64,000 bases of DNA, from NCBI GenBank assembly GCA_965655095.1, contig OZ296659.1:35092001-35156000 (forward strand), given 5' to 3'. Below the pieces are notes generated by a model. The model was not told where the DNA came from. It did no database searches and saw nothing but the letters and a program-made list of their open reading frames with translations. Made by a program: the position numbers and the translations under genes. This stretch comes from Haplodiscus bocki (taxonomy: Eukaryota). Positions 25,420 to 40,400 of this stretch are shown piece after piece. The first letter of the stretch is position 1. Each line of letters begins with the position of its first letter.

Positions 25420-28400
25420 CTAAGTGAAAAAGCTCACTGCATTTTACATTCTTTATTTTCCGCTTTCCGCATTATTTAACATGTAGAAGGAAAATCATGC
25501 GCTGAACGCCGCCGTTGTTTACGTTCACATGCCAGTTGCACGAAAATCGTGCACTTTCGGTCTTCAAAATTTCTTCACTAAAAAGTAGCAAATTAACCGT
25601 AGAATGCGATTGAAATAGTAACATTTCTCCGAATCAAAATTAGGGCTTTTTGGAAAACACTTCTTTGAACCCCTTTTTAGAAAAAAAATTGAGAAATTCA
25701 AAATACGGGAGAATGTGTAAAGTTTGGTCTAGAAAACATGAAAGTGTTACTACTAGAAGTGAAAAACTTTCTACTAAAAGCTGCAAGGCGGAAAATATCC
25801 CTGTAGTCGTCGGGCGTCTCGTTTAACAAGTGGCCAAAACCCGCCTACGTTCGTGAATGAATGATTTACTGCATAGAGGCAATATACGGAGAGTTCGCGT
25901 TACCCGTCAGTCTGAGAGCGAGTTCACTCGTGGCGAATAATTTACCTAACAAGGTACAGAAAGCAAGCGCGCTCCTCATTTCAGAATAAAGGGGGGGGGT
26001 AGTACATTAAGAAGAATGAATTTTGTTCGAAAATAGGGATTTTCAAGAAATATTTTCATTCCAAACGATTCTACAGCAAATTCGCTACTTTTTCTCAAAT
26101 CGGTGCTGAAAAATTTCCAAACTCAAAATCGTGCAATATGGCCGAATTGTGCAATGGTCAAGTTTATGTGAAAAACGCACGTAGCAAGATAAATTTCCTT
26201 CGTCATAAAATATGGGCGGAAAATAAATAGTTCTAGTGTAAAGATAAAATTGAGTACAGCCAGTTTTCAAAAATGAAAAGTGGTTTTCCAAAGCTACATG
26301 GTGTACTATCGAATCTAACTGTTCGGGCAACTCGCTCACTGGCGGATAACCAAGTGGCGATTAATTGATACTTAAATGTTCTACCAATTGGCATAAAGAG
26401 ACGTACCTTCGCATGCAGAACAATTTTCTCAATTCAGCATTGTCTTCAAAAAATTGCAATTCTGATTGATCATCCACAGATCCAAAACTTTTGAATCTCA
26501 CAAAAACTCTTTTAAGCCCGAAAATTAACAACCAACGTAGAAACAGTTAAAGAAGAACTTACATTATCTATTTTGCGGATATCACACGATAGAATATCCT
26601 TGACTTCTTGAAGCTGATCTAAAGTGAGAGACTCCATCTCCATTTCAGGAATTGGCAAAAGAATCTGCTGTTCAAAGCAAGAGGTGGCATAAGTCGAGGA
26701 GTTGATGCCGGCAACAGCAGCACCATTGCTGACCTTAATGCCACTCGGGGCAGACAATAAATTAGTTGCAGAGCCACTTTGGGAGTAGGGCGCAGCACCC
26801 AACGTCGCTCCTCCGTCGACTCCCGCTCCTGAAGAAACTGACACTGCACCCGCTCGGATGTTGGCCAATAACGGTAATCCAGGGTCGTAGCGCAAAGTCT
26901 GGAAAAACCCCAAAAAATATACAAAAAGAAAAATGGAAGAAAAACAAACCGATGTCAGCGTTTATGCCTGAAAAGAATAAAATATGCCACCATCAGTTGA
27001 AAACTTGGGAATATCGTCCTTACACTGATAAAATAGCTTCGCAAAAATCGAATTTTCTGTTATCATCAAACTATAATGTTCACATGTAAAATAGAATTCT
27101 GGGACTTCCTGGTACAGTGCCGTTCAAATAGGAAAGACGCAATTAGCGAGAAGTTCCAAAGAATACATTTCCAACATTAATTTTCCAAAAAAATTTTTTC
27201 CAAAAATAATCCACTTCATGCAAACGTTAATGTTGTGTACAACTTGAGCCCGTACCAACGTAGTGGCCAAGTTGAGCCCTCACTGGCTCGAAACATCAAT
27301 TTCACAACTGTTTTTAGGCAACAAGATTATCTGAAAACCCCACCTCCATTAAATGATAGAAATCCGTTTACCACGGTCCAGTGGTAGCACATAAGAGACA
27401 ATGGTAAGTTTGGCTCTTTTCGAGGGAAAGCTTCAAAATTTTAGGCTTTCGAAAAAATCTGTTTCCAATTTTGCGACTATTTCCGCACAAAAAAAATTAT
27501 TGAAAAAATTCAAACGGAGCAAAAACTTACATGCTGTAGATTCCTTTTCATGAATGTTGGTTACATAGGGGCTGCTAAAAGCTGACTATAATTCACGATT
27601 TAACAATGACAACTTTCATTTTTTTGCTATACCAATGGAAATATTCAATCATGCGACTTCGAGACTTTTCTCGAAAGATATTCCAGCTGGATACTAAACG
27701 AATTCGGCTTTGATTTGCATCAATTCTTTCATAGCAAACTTTTCACAATTTATTATTAAAAATAGCATTACTTCATCGCAGGATGATTTTTTTCCAGAAC
27801 GCATCAAGCTAAACTAACTCCTGTACACCCAGTATTAGACGGCAGTTGCAACGTGCCTCCTGATCCAGGTCCATCTCTCAAATCTTCTCTGCTTGCTGAG
27901 TTACCATCGAAAGAGGAGGGATGAGAAAGAGGACTCTGTGATGAGGGAGAAGATAGAATGCCGTATGTGAAGCTACATCTGGCACCTGGGTAGTTAGAGT
28001 TTGACGTCATGGATGCCTGAAATCACAATCACATAGGTTCGGATCGAGCACTATCAAAGCGAACACTGATTCAACTTAGTCGAGACAATTTTTCTCCTGC
28101 TCCTTAATTGGTGTTTCGGTGCGTTTTTCCGAATGTAAAGTGACCACCCGGGTTGACGTCTCAGAGAATTTCAGCGCTGATCACCTCTGATTAAGGAATT
28201 ACAGCGCTGTATATTATTGTATTATTTCAGAGCAGCAAAATCAGCGCCGATTTTCTCTGGGACAGCACTGACTTTTATTGGATTCAGGATGAGATTTTTC
28301 AGTTGAATTTTGTTTTTTCGAAATATTTAAAGTAACTCAATTTCGAGGCACAAAACTCTGCATTTCAGCTCACATGATAATAATATGATTGTAATTCTGT

Positions 28401-31400
28401 TGGCTTGCAACTTCGGCATCATTCAAATTGAATTTATACATGGAGAGAATTACGAGTAATAGATCAATACATTGCAAAGCTCAGTTTCTTCAAATTCCGT
28501 CATGACTTTTGAACTAGCTTTAGTCTAAACTTGTTCATAGAGTCATATGTCATCCGCAGATTTTCAGGACTTCGGAAAATTTTGATTTTAGAAGTACTTA
28601 TAGTGTTACTCGGTTTTCGTTTTCCGCGACTCGTCCAAAATAAGGAATTTCGTGCCACATTTAACTTTTTTCAAAAATGCAGCAAAGCTGCGTGGGGATA
28701 CAGGATTGAGCATACGGGCCATCATAGTAGCGGTGAGAGCGCGCAAAAAAGTAAAAAAAAATGATATTTTGTTCTTGTTTCCCAATCAATATTCTTATAA
28801 AGTGTAAGGACAGGGAAATTCTGAATTCTGAATTCATTTATCCCAATACGCGGGAAAACGTAATAAGGCTGAAGAGAGGACCCAATTGTTATCTCCAAAA
28901 TTTTCCGGAGCCCTGGGCGGCCACATTTTTAGATTGCTCGTAGTCGGTAATCACAAATGAGAACTAACATTGTCCTCAGGGTTGTAAGGATAGAAGTTGG
29001 CGCGGAACACTTTTGAGTCAGGGTCAGTGTTCAGTTGCGACAGACGAGGGATGTTCACAGGCTGACTAGCTTTAGTATTCACCATTCCTAAAATTCGATG
29101 CAAGATTGCAGGGAGTCAATTTTACCACCAAAATTATTTCTGTTTTGCAATCTAAAACATCTCTGATAGGAAAAACTACAAAAAATGTGTAACTACTCAA
29201 TCTTGAAAACTCACAGACAGAGTCATGGACTAGCAGGCCTGAATAATTTTTCTTCACTTGGCATTTCATGAAAATGATCAGTAAATTGTGATATTGCTCA
29301 AATTTTGAAGCAGCAAGTTTTTTCAAATCTAACCCATAGGTCCCATAAATTCTCCACTATTTGCTATCGAGGGTATTTGCGAGGATAAATTCCAGGACGC
29401 GCTATTACTACTGCCTGAGTTGCCCCCAGTAGAATTCATAGACCCACTCAAACTGCCAGTCGCGGATAGACCTTTCTGGGGAATCGCATTCCCATTAGAG
29501 AAGAGAGAGGACCCACCACGATGTTGATTTGGGTGGTAGTTTTCCTTGTTTGGGTTCCCGTCAGACATCATGCCCATCACACCTACGCCTGCACTATTGT
29601 TGTTCAACTCTTGCCCCAATAAGTCGACCCCGCCCACATTTCCAGTAAGACCTCCTGTGGCACTACTTCGCCCATCCAAACTATCCTCAAGGTCCACCGA
29701 CAACGACTTCTCGCCAAATAGATCGGTTACACTGCTCAACTGAGGCGGCTGCGATGCCACTGAAAAATAAAAAAATAAACTATGATCCTCAATGTTGCTA
29801 TGCTGTTTTCATACATAGTCGTCCCTTGAATATCCACCAGCATTTGTAAACTAACTTTTTTAAAGGGTTTCCAAATGTGGCGTTTAATATAGAGTACACA
29901 TAAGTTCCAGTTTTTACTTCTAGTTACAAAAATCGTCAAAAAAAGAAGGTAAACATCATACAAAGCGAATCGTAGAAAAGAGGGCTGCCAAACAATCCAA
30001 TTTCAGTTGCTGAATGTCTATTAGCGGCACTATCTGGATCTCTCTTTTCAAAGGATGTACTCTGTGCAACTACTGGGATGTTCCTAGACTTGGTTTCCAT
30101 ACCAGGGGCTGCTGAATTTGACCCCCCTGCTGACGTCACACATGCAGACACTATGGGAGACGACATGCCGATGGTTGGAGGCGAGGGTGTTGACCTTGAT
30201 GAAGCAAAGAGGGCGTGTCCGAACCAGGGGTTTCCTCCAGTCTGAAAAAAAGCGGAAAGTATAATAATCTAATTATCGTTATCTGGAAACTTCTTTGTTT
30301 CGATAATTTATTCAAAAATGGGGGCCTTTTAAGGAAAGTTCGAAAAATATACTAAGCTGAGCAAGAAGTAGCCAGCGGATAATTCCTCCCCTTGGGTACT
30401 TTCAGATTTGATACCTACTCATGGATAACCATCCATGATACATTCATGATTCATGGCCGACCATGCCGAGAATCATTCTATGATGACCGTATGGTATCCA
30501 TTAATTATGGATGATTTTCCATGGATGCAAAGAGAATTACAATCAAGTATAGAAAAATCTATGGTCAAGGAATAAGCGCGTGCAATGGCGGTCAACATCG
30601 GTTGTCTATAACTAAATCTGTTTTTAGTTGGAGCGTATTAACAAGCCCGACAATTGTCGTGACTTTTCGTTTTTTTGGGGGCTGCGCCGACGGACAAATT
30701 TGATTGTTGATTGGTCGGTCTGATTGGCCCGCCGCCTTTCCTGACCTTCACTGCGTAGCACAACTCCGCTGCCTCTTGCTATGTTTTTGTTGAAGTTCGT
30801 CAAACCTCAAAAACTCCCATAGTACATTGGGTAGGACTACAGGGTTCTGATGCGCTAGGTACGGGTTCCATTCTCAGTCTTTGCCCATAATTTTTATTTC
30901 ATTATTACGATTCTGAGACTCCCATTAAAATAGTATTTTCCGTTGAGAAAACTATCTGAAGAGAAATTTTGCCATTCAGAAGTTTTCCTTTTCCAAAACT
31001 TGCCAATGCCACGCTGACTTCGTGTGGCAGACTAATGAGCGTCTTGTATAGTAGGTACTACAATTAGTTCAAACAATTCAATTAGTTTTTGGAATACTTC
31101 ATCAAGTTTCAACTTTTCGAAATTTTTTCTGTTTTCGCAAAACTTTAATAAAGGTGGAAAAAAGACATTCGAAAAATAATTCTACAGCAAATTTACCACA
31201 TTTACTGATTTCGAAAGAATTCAAAAATTTTTAAGAGCGTATATAATTGAAAAATCTTTCTATTTCACTTGCATTCTACGGCAAATGCTATAATCCAGAG
31301 GAACATTTTGAGGAAGGAAAATATATTGTTTTTGAATTTTTCATATTTTCTAATGATTTTCGAATTTTGAGCGGAAAGTTTTCAGACTTTTGGTGGAAAA

Positions 31401-34400
31401 ACTTTGGCATGGTTGTCAAAACTGACAACATTCTACGTGTCCAAAGGAACATTTTGATGGAAATAATTCTTTTGAAAAAATTATAATTTATCTTTTTCGG
31501 ATTTTGAGCGGACTTTTTTTCGGCACAAGAACCTTCCAAATAAAATGGAAACGACATTTTAAGAAAATAATATCAATTGATAGGCTTTCTACAGCAAATT
31601 TGCCACCTTTAGCGATTTAAAAAAAAATCGAGATTTTTTTGAATAAATCTATCCATTTCTCCCAAAAAGCACAAATTTTGAACGTTTTGAGAAATCTTAC
31701 CATTCCAGTCGCTTTTTATGGCAAATTTGCTACAAATTGGTGAAAAAATTCATGTTCAGAAACGTGAACGAACATCGTTTTTAGTGTGAACGCAATTGGC
31801 AGACATCGGGTAATAAAAACGTTTCATTTGAGGGATCATTTTGCTTTGATGTTGTAAACAATATGGCGCAAAAAAAATAACGATCCATCACAAAATTAAG
31901 CAACCCGGTTAGGCAGCAGTTAACTTCCTATTACAAGCCGACTTTATGTCTGCACAAAACTTTAAGCCCTGTCGGATACTTTTGTCCATAGAAGTTTATT
32001 TAAGGGTTTTTGTCAAATTATTTTCTGTTTCCCGAAGAGTTTCTCCTCTGGAATGAAACAACTCAACCTCTGTAAAACTTTTCGAGAAAAAAAACGCTTG
32101 ACCCCCGGAAAAATTTTGACTTCCCGAAATTAGAAGTTCATTACAAAAAAAAAACAACAAAGTTGATTCTTTCCCCAAATTTTTTCAGTATGTGTTTGGT
32201 GTTGTTTTCAGGATCTCAAACACCAAAAAGCCAAGCGATAACAGGAAACCATTTTCCTGGAACACGCTATTGTGTAATCTTCGTTGTCGGACAAAAAATA
32301 TCCGGTATTCTCGGCATTCGAAGTCACTTTTCTCAAACACAAGCTGGACTTCTTTAAGGCATTAATCGACAATTTTCGACCCGTAGACGGTCATTTGTGT
32401 ACAATGACATAACTTGGTGTACATTCATTGCATCAGAAAAAAACACCGGAAATTTGAGTATACCAAACAATTCAAAACAAATTAATACCAAAAACCTTCC
32501 GTGATCCGTGATGCCCTTTTCCTCACGTAATAGATATCAGCCACTAGTGACATCCACAATACCTCTTTAAAAGTTCATTGTTGACATGCAGAAAACAAAA
32601 ACAATTTGAAAATCTACACACTTTCAATTATGACGGAAATTCGAGTGGCGGTTAACCGAGAGTACTGATACATTGTAAACTAAAATATTGACCTCTATGG
32701 TGGGTAAACGAGAGGGTTGACTTTCGAACAATTTCAGCGTTATAAATTTCACCTTAATGGAGGATAATCTAGTGGCAGATAATCGAGTCAAAAACTCTAA
32801 AACTTCACAAAATTGACATTTCTGGCGGATAACCGAGAGGCGGTTAATCGAAAGTGCCCATTTTTACAACTTTACAATTTTACGTATATTGTGGATACTT
32901 GCGTTGCAGATAAAGGACTTTCCCAAATTTTTGAATTGAACAGTAATGATGCTGATGGCGGAAAATCGAGTGAAGTTAATTGAAATCCCGATTCACACGA
33001 ATACTTGTAATGTTTTCGAGCAACGCATGAGTGCTAAAACTACTACGTCAGCGAAGCATAAAGGCAATTGGCTCAATAAAGCCAGTGAGCTGAATCAAAA
33101 TTTTACATAGTCTACAATGGGATGTTTCAATAGTAGAGGAAAAGGTCAAAAGGTGTACCTATAGTATCGAAAACTTTCGGCTTCGATATTAACTACGGAT
33201 CTATCATTTAACAACAATAAAAAGCAGGCCAAATTTTCAGATTTGCGGTTTCGAAAGCGTCCAGATTGAAGAGAGCGATCATATTGAAGTTTTAAAGATA
33301 CCGTATTTACTTGAAATGTAGCTGCATTCAAATAGAAGCCGCGCCAAAAGTCGTTAAACAAGGTAGAGACCGCACACGAATAGAAGCCATGATTAAAGAT
33401 AGGATTCTGGCAAAAGTAGAGTTCTGCCCCCTTAATGTTAATAATAATAAATACAGAAGCGAAGCTGTGCTTCGGAACATTTGCTCCAGCAGAATATTAT
33501 ACGAGTACACTATACAATTAAAATTTTATATACAAGTAAGAAACGCTATAAGATTTCTTTCGATTGATAATTTATAAGAAAAAACTGATTTTCTGGCGGC
33601 TATGGCAGTCAGTAGAGCATACAACTGCAGCGCAAATGGTCCCAGGTGTGAGACAAGGTCACTCCCTCGTCTCTTTTGTCAAAATCTAAAAACTTGTGCG
33701 ACTTGTGAACGGATTGGAAAAATATTCAGCAGCCTGTGTTGACACTTCTTGCCCAAGTGTAAAAAAAGACATGAAACGCGATATGACGTTTCGAAAACAG
33801 TTTTTCAAAAACTATTAGTAATCCACACGTTGTCAGAGGAGCAAGTCAACCGGACAGACATTTTCTAAGATTCTAAGGATATTTTGACCTCAAGGGCAGC
33901 ACTTATTATGGATCATACTACATATTTTGGGACTTGTCCAAAATCATCCCGGATAATTTCTTTCATTTTTACAGCCAGCGTTTTATTCGATAGTTCCCAA
34001 AAAAGTTAGTCTTCAGATAACTCTTAGTTGAATCTGAAAAAAGCTTGAAAAACTTCGAAAAAGCTGAAGCTCCAATTTAAGTACGGGTTATTGCGAGAAA
34101 GCGGAAAAACCTGATTTTTATTTCGAAAATATCAAGAAACTTTAAAGACAGAGGAGAAGCGGAATCTCACAACACATTCTGACTAGTCAGGCGACATCAC
34201 GGATCCCAATTCATCAGAAGACAATGATGATTGGAAACATGACCGATATGATTCAAACTTTTTGAGGGACATACTACATCAACTGTCAATCACGAGTTCG
34301 ATCAAAAAAATCAAATCGAGACTACTGCCTGTCACAAGGTCTCATACTCGAAAACTTGATATGTTAACACAGGGGCGAAACTGCACTTCACATACACTTA

Positions 34401-37400
34401 CAACGAAAGCCAGGAAGGACATCGAGTAATTGCCCGTCGACGAAAACTGCTCGATTGAGTCTTGCCAACTTTTCACAACAGCAAATTTTTACAGAAGCAA
34501 TGGTTCTACTGAACAAGAAAAAGAAAATACAACTCTTCAAAAGCAATCATACTTATACCAAATCAAGTTAACCAACGGGTAGTCCCCGAGAGTATTAACT
34601 TTCAGAAATTTATATTATTTTTTTCGGAATTTCAAACTAGAGGTCAAGAATTTTCATGTGGAAGGTACGAATTGGTGTCTTCCGGTTTCTCTTCAAACTC
34701 AAGACAATGCCGGTTTCCAACGCCCACTGGATGGCAGTAAAACACATTGGAGGGAAACACATTTGAAAAAGACCACTTTGAACAAGACGCAATTTTACTG
34801 TCAAATAGCAATTAGTCGACGGTGAATTTACCCAACATAAACTTACTTCACCCTTCAATGCTTACTGGTTTATTTACGTTTCATTACATTACGTTTCATT
34901 ACACGCACACAAAAATTTACTGTCAAATATTAATTAATCGACGCTAAAATTATCCAAACACGCACTTACTTTACCGTTCAATGCTTACCTGAGTATTTAG
35001 GTTTCATTAAATCCCTCACCGCGCTTGCCAAGGAGGCCGGCCAAGCAAGCACATGAAATCAATTTCCGGCCCTATTTCCACAACCGAACTTTTGAACCGA
35101 TTAACAGCCGATGCAAGCTTTGAATAGATTGGAAAATTAGGCGGTTGACGATCCTATTTCAAAACACTTGCTAGTCACAACTTCAATCATGTCTTTTCAG
35201 GTTACGTCATTTTGCTGTCCAATGTACAAAAAAGTTTGCACAGCAAAGGACACAATTACGTATAAGTACCTGCCACGCACCCTCAAATTTTGAATGATAT
35301 ATCAATGTCTTTTCACGTTACGTCAGTTTGCTGCCCAATGTTACCAGAAGTTTGCACAGAAAACATCGCAACGATGAACCAGTACATGTCTCACTGTCTC
35401 ATATTCAAAAAAGAAGCCCAAGCCCGATAGAACTTCCAAAAAAATTGCGATAACCATAGGCCCTCTTAACCCTTACTCCGTTTTTCCACGAATTGGGACC
35501 AATGAGATAAAATTCTCGCGGTTCATACTTTGTTATTATATTGATTGGCAAACAAGAAAAAAGTCAAAATTTTGTAGATTTGCGCGTTCTCAAGGCTACT
35601 ACGATGGTCCGCCCTGATTTCTCTAACGCTGCTTGGCCGCATTTTTCAAAAACAAATTGAATAGCGAACGAAATTCTTCACTTCGGACGAGGTCGCATAA
35701 TTTCGTTCGAAAAAGCGTCAGAAAAAAAAACAAAAATCCAGTAACACTATAAGTATTATGTAAAATTAAAATTTTCCGAATTCCTAAAACTTGATATATC
35801 AATCATATCTTTCCAGGTTACAGCATTTTGCTGCCCAATGTTTCAGAACTTTGCTCAATAAAAAACGCAAAAATGAACAAGTAGCTGCCAAAGGAGACCG
35901 TTTTGACCGTTTACACTAACTAAATCACTATATTCTCTGATGACGTCAAAAAATGCAAATTTTGGACAAGCTAAAAAACTAAGCATTAGCCGATTTCAAT
36001 ACGTCTCCTACCTTTCAGTCAGAATGTGTAAAAAACAACAATTGAAACAAGAGATCGAGTCCAAGGTAATTAATGGTAATCTAGCGTAGTCAAAGCGGAG
36101 TAATTCAACCCGAGACATTTTCCGTGGGGCGCACTAGTTGGCTACAGCAGTCTTTTCCGACCAGCTGCATATGAACTGAAGCAACATTCGAATTGAGAAT
36201 GCAAAATTTATCCCCAAAAAGGCGATGAGCCGCCTGAACACGGTAATTAGAAATGTTTTGATTCGTAGTATAATGATAGAACATGATCATTGGCTCCACT
36301 TCAATTAAACATAAACTAACAGGTTTCTTAGGTTGAACAGCAACAGTCGACGTCACACGCATGGCATCTGGGGATGAAAAAAGACTTCCACTGGACTCGA
36401 AGTCTCCGCCCACAATTGAAGAGCCATCATTTGGTGCCCCGGTTGCCGTCAATTTCTCTGAACTGTTCACCTTGTCTGAAAAGGAATTGCAAATTTCAGC
36501 CAGGTTCCCGGATAAAATACAAGCGGTTGAAAATAAAAAGTCCATGAAGTCCGATTACACCCTGAGCATTTCAGGAAAAAGAACCAAGGTGGCTGGCTTT
36601 CGTGTAGTTAAATCATTTTCAGATGGGCGTAACTGCATGGAGTATGCACGCAGTATAAATGCAATAGGAAAACTGAACAATCAAAAACTCAGTTCTTGCG
36701 TAATCTATATCAAAGCAGCATTCACTGACAGAGTTAACAGAGGAAAACACGGTAATTTAAAAGAATGAAAAGGGTAATATGCAAAAGAGCATAACCACAA
36801 CTACTAACCACTGTTAAATTCAGGAGTCGCTCCAGCGTAATAGTTTGTTTTCACCGCTTCTCCTATTCCCCCATGTTGGTTTCTATTGCTAGTTAGTGCT
36901 TCACTGTAACCTCTTCCGCCACCTACATGATGCAAATTAGAACCCACCACTGGAGAAGAATTACATGCAGTGGCCAACGGAGATAGAGTCCTGGATGCCA
37001 CCTGGCGACCTTTGCCCGATAACCCAGGACCTCCCGGATGAATTACAGCAGCTGCACCCACGATTGATGAACTATTGTTACTTCCTAATTTTTCAGGACC
37101 GCCTCCCGCTGCTGCTCTATCATGGTGGTTATTGTTCTGATCTTTATTGAATGAAGAAGTATTAGCACTTCCACTGTTAAGTTCTGTGGCCGAGATTGAA
37201 TTGCGAACTCGCATGTTATTGCTTGCTTTGTTATTAGATGAGGAATCTATACTACTGCTACCGCCGACCGAGCCATCGCCCATGCCACTCATGGCCCCCT
37301 GGGCCGATGCGATGGATGCACCTGTGTTCTCTTGATGAGAGAAGGCGCAGTAAACTCCTCTGGGGCAGCGTCCAGTCTGTTGGTAGTCATGACATTTAGT

Positions 37401-40400
37401 AGTCTTGTAAATCTGTGGGAAAAAATAAAACCCTATTTCAAGTCAGTTCAAGAACAGAAGCATAAACATCTCAGATGAAAAAGTGTCCCATATATCTAAG
37501 CTATTTTTTTCCGCCCAAAACATCACACACTTGATCTATCAGAAAAATCATTCAATTTCCACAGTTCATTTTAATGCAGATTTTTCCCATCAATCGAATT
37601 CACGAAATGATTAACGTAGCTACCCAAAATCATAATCTCGAAGACATTGTGTTCAAAAGCAAAGGTAACAAAAAAACTGAAGACCACAATCGATAGAATT
37701 TATTTACTTGGCAGTTGGCAACAATTTTCTTTGGGTAATAAAATAGTCCAAAAGTATATGTAATTTGACAAAAAGTGAGGATGCTCATTTTTTGCCATTA
37801 ATTTTAAAAGCCCAAAACTAACATCCGGATGAAACTGTTGTTCAACTCTAGTATGACAGTACCCACATTTGTCTCCATCGGCACACACCGCCGGCTCGCA
37901 CCACTCGTCAGCCAGTTTGACAGAAGGACATGGCGTGTTTCTATATGTGGACGCATACGGCGAACGTCTCCTGTCTTTGGCATTGTGGTACAGAGGACAT
38001 GCAAAGCCCTGCCGACACGATCTGGACGAGTTTGAGCTAGTCCTCTTGCACGGCTGAGTTTTATAATTGCGCAAGATGTAATCTCTATCTAAAACAAACA
38101 CCAAAACAACTGAATAGTGGATAGAAATGCAAATTTATTAAACTACAAAGTGAGAAAAGAAAAGCCCGGAACGCTCATGTAGGCACTGCCACAAAAAGCT
38201 TAAAATTCATAAAGGGTATTATAAAAATAGGGAGGCGGTTGTAGAAACAGAGAAACAATAAAATAATAAAATAGAGTGTTTTCTCCAACCCGTATCCATG
38301 GCCTAAAAACCTTTTTGTCCTACCCTCCAGACCACCGGAGCCTTGTACACTTCTGGTCATTTTGGGTCTGTCATAAAACTAAAAAACATTCTGGACCCTT
38401 TAGCAGTGAAAAAACGAGTAAGTAATAGTCCTCTTTTCACTAACGTGAAGCCCCGACCAAAAATACAAAGAGCGACAAACCCACGTTGTTCATTCAGGAG
38501 AGTTTAGTCACGCCCATTATGTTGTCTCATCTTAGACACATTACCAACATAAAATTATACAAAGACAATCATTCAACACTCGCTGCACCGACAACATCTT
38601 CGAAAAATGTCTTCATTTTGTCTGGAAACCGCATTTTGTCTGTGTGGACCAATGATTTCATCCGAAAGAAAGAAGCTAGTTGCAAATTGCTGACGTTTTG
38701 ATGAAATTTGAACACGATAAGTTCATCTCTTTCGAACAAAAATGTCAGAAGATAAAATTTTCCGGAAAACTCTCAAAAAGTATCATATCTTGGATTCTTT
38801 CAACAGATGAAAACTTAAACAACTCCGGTTGTTACTCAGAATAGATGATAGGCTTTTCGGATTTTTTTAAAAAACTTTTGCTGCGAGGCTACTACAAAGT
38901 TCTTCATAAACTATCTTTTGACATAGAATAACAACAAAAAAGAATTTTATAGCCAAAAAATTTTCATCGTTGATAGTTTAGCTTCTCGATGTCAGTTTGA
39001 TTAAAAACTTGTGCCTAGAAAGCATTGATATGCCAAGGTAGAACATTGTTAAAAATAATTTTCGAGCAAGTTTTTTTTCGCGTGAAAACAGTCAAAAGAT
39101 ATCGGATTCCTTTAGGAAAAAGTAGCAAATCATCAATCATTTTCTTATTGGCACGGTCATATAGAAGGATACGAAAAGATGGAAAGATTAGTGAGATAGC
39201 ACTTCAAACGAGTAGAAGACAAATTGATCCACCATCTTTTTCGCAAACAAACCCATCTGAACATTTTTGGATCACAACCATGAAGGATTATATTGTAAAA
39301 AGGGCCCTTAAATTACTTCTTTGCACGATTTAGACGCAGACGCCCACATGACAGAATACAAGACTTCCAACATGACAAAGCTTCCACAAAAAAGCCGACA
39401 GTAGATCGATTATGTGGTTTCTTTTGCAGAAAACCAATAAAGTTTCGAAGCACAACCAAAAATAAACACGTTAAGATTCTTTCTAAATTCTGTTTTAAGT
39501 TGAAGCTATTTCAATGTCTGCGTGTTCAATGCTCAAGCTTTTGAGCTGCCAATGTGACAAAATTCAATCAATTTTCGAGAAAAAACTTCGCGAATAGTTT
39601 TAAGACTTCAACTAAAACTCAGCGTGTGATACAAAAGAGTCTCCTTGTTGTATCTGGTCAAAATTAGGGCCATCTGAAGACCTAGGTTCCCGGGTATTAG
39701 ACTATAAAGTGACAAATTCGCTCCAAAAAATTACGTTGTTTAAGCGTCTTCCAAAAAAATAATAACAGAGCTCCTTGTGCTTCAGCAAAATTTAGGTATT
39801 TTAGACACCGAGGTTTCCGAACGTTACAACTGAATGTTCCAAAATACCTCCAAATTGGACAAAATAAATCGATTTCCAAGTATCTTTGCGGAAACAAACA
39901 ATCGAAGACTATTCTGACCAAAATCAGAAATCATGTGACATATCAGAGCCTCCTGTTTGAGCCCATACGACATATGTACCAGAACAAAAAACATAAAATT
40001 GGTGACATTCTTCCACTATCCAAAAATTTACAAGTTCCTTTCGCTGAATTACCTGTCGAAAAAATTGCACCGTGACCAAATTTTAGTGTGCTAAATAGAT
40101 TGGGTTCTCGTCGTTAAGGCCATGCAAAATTCAAGTGATTGGGAGTCTATGTACACAATAAACGATTTCGAAAATGACAAAGTACCGCAAAAATTAGCTC
40201 GGAATTCATGTTTCTTGTTGAAGAGCCCCATCGAAAAATTGTCAGACTGAAACTAAAAATTAGTATATGGGAGACTAGAGTCTTTCCAAGTTTCTGCAAA
40301 AATCGGGAAAATTTTTCCAATATTGGGGCATAAAGAGGTTTCACTTCGCTTTCGCTCACCTGAATAAAACAAAAAAAATCGCACCCATTTCAAAAAAGCT

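Noticed and set aside
32630-32960. GGCGGATAA(C/T)CGAG-type motifs suggesting MITE TIRs (also near 26340)
   Set aside because: Could not define paired termini or a TSD; too degenerate to call
36361-36768. 135-aa plus-strand ORF (and similar ORFs at 26766, 29546, 37829 and 40584)
   Set aside because: Antisense shadows of unkempt exons with no independent motif
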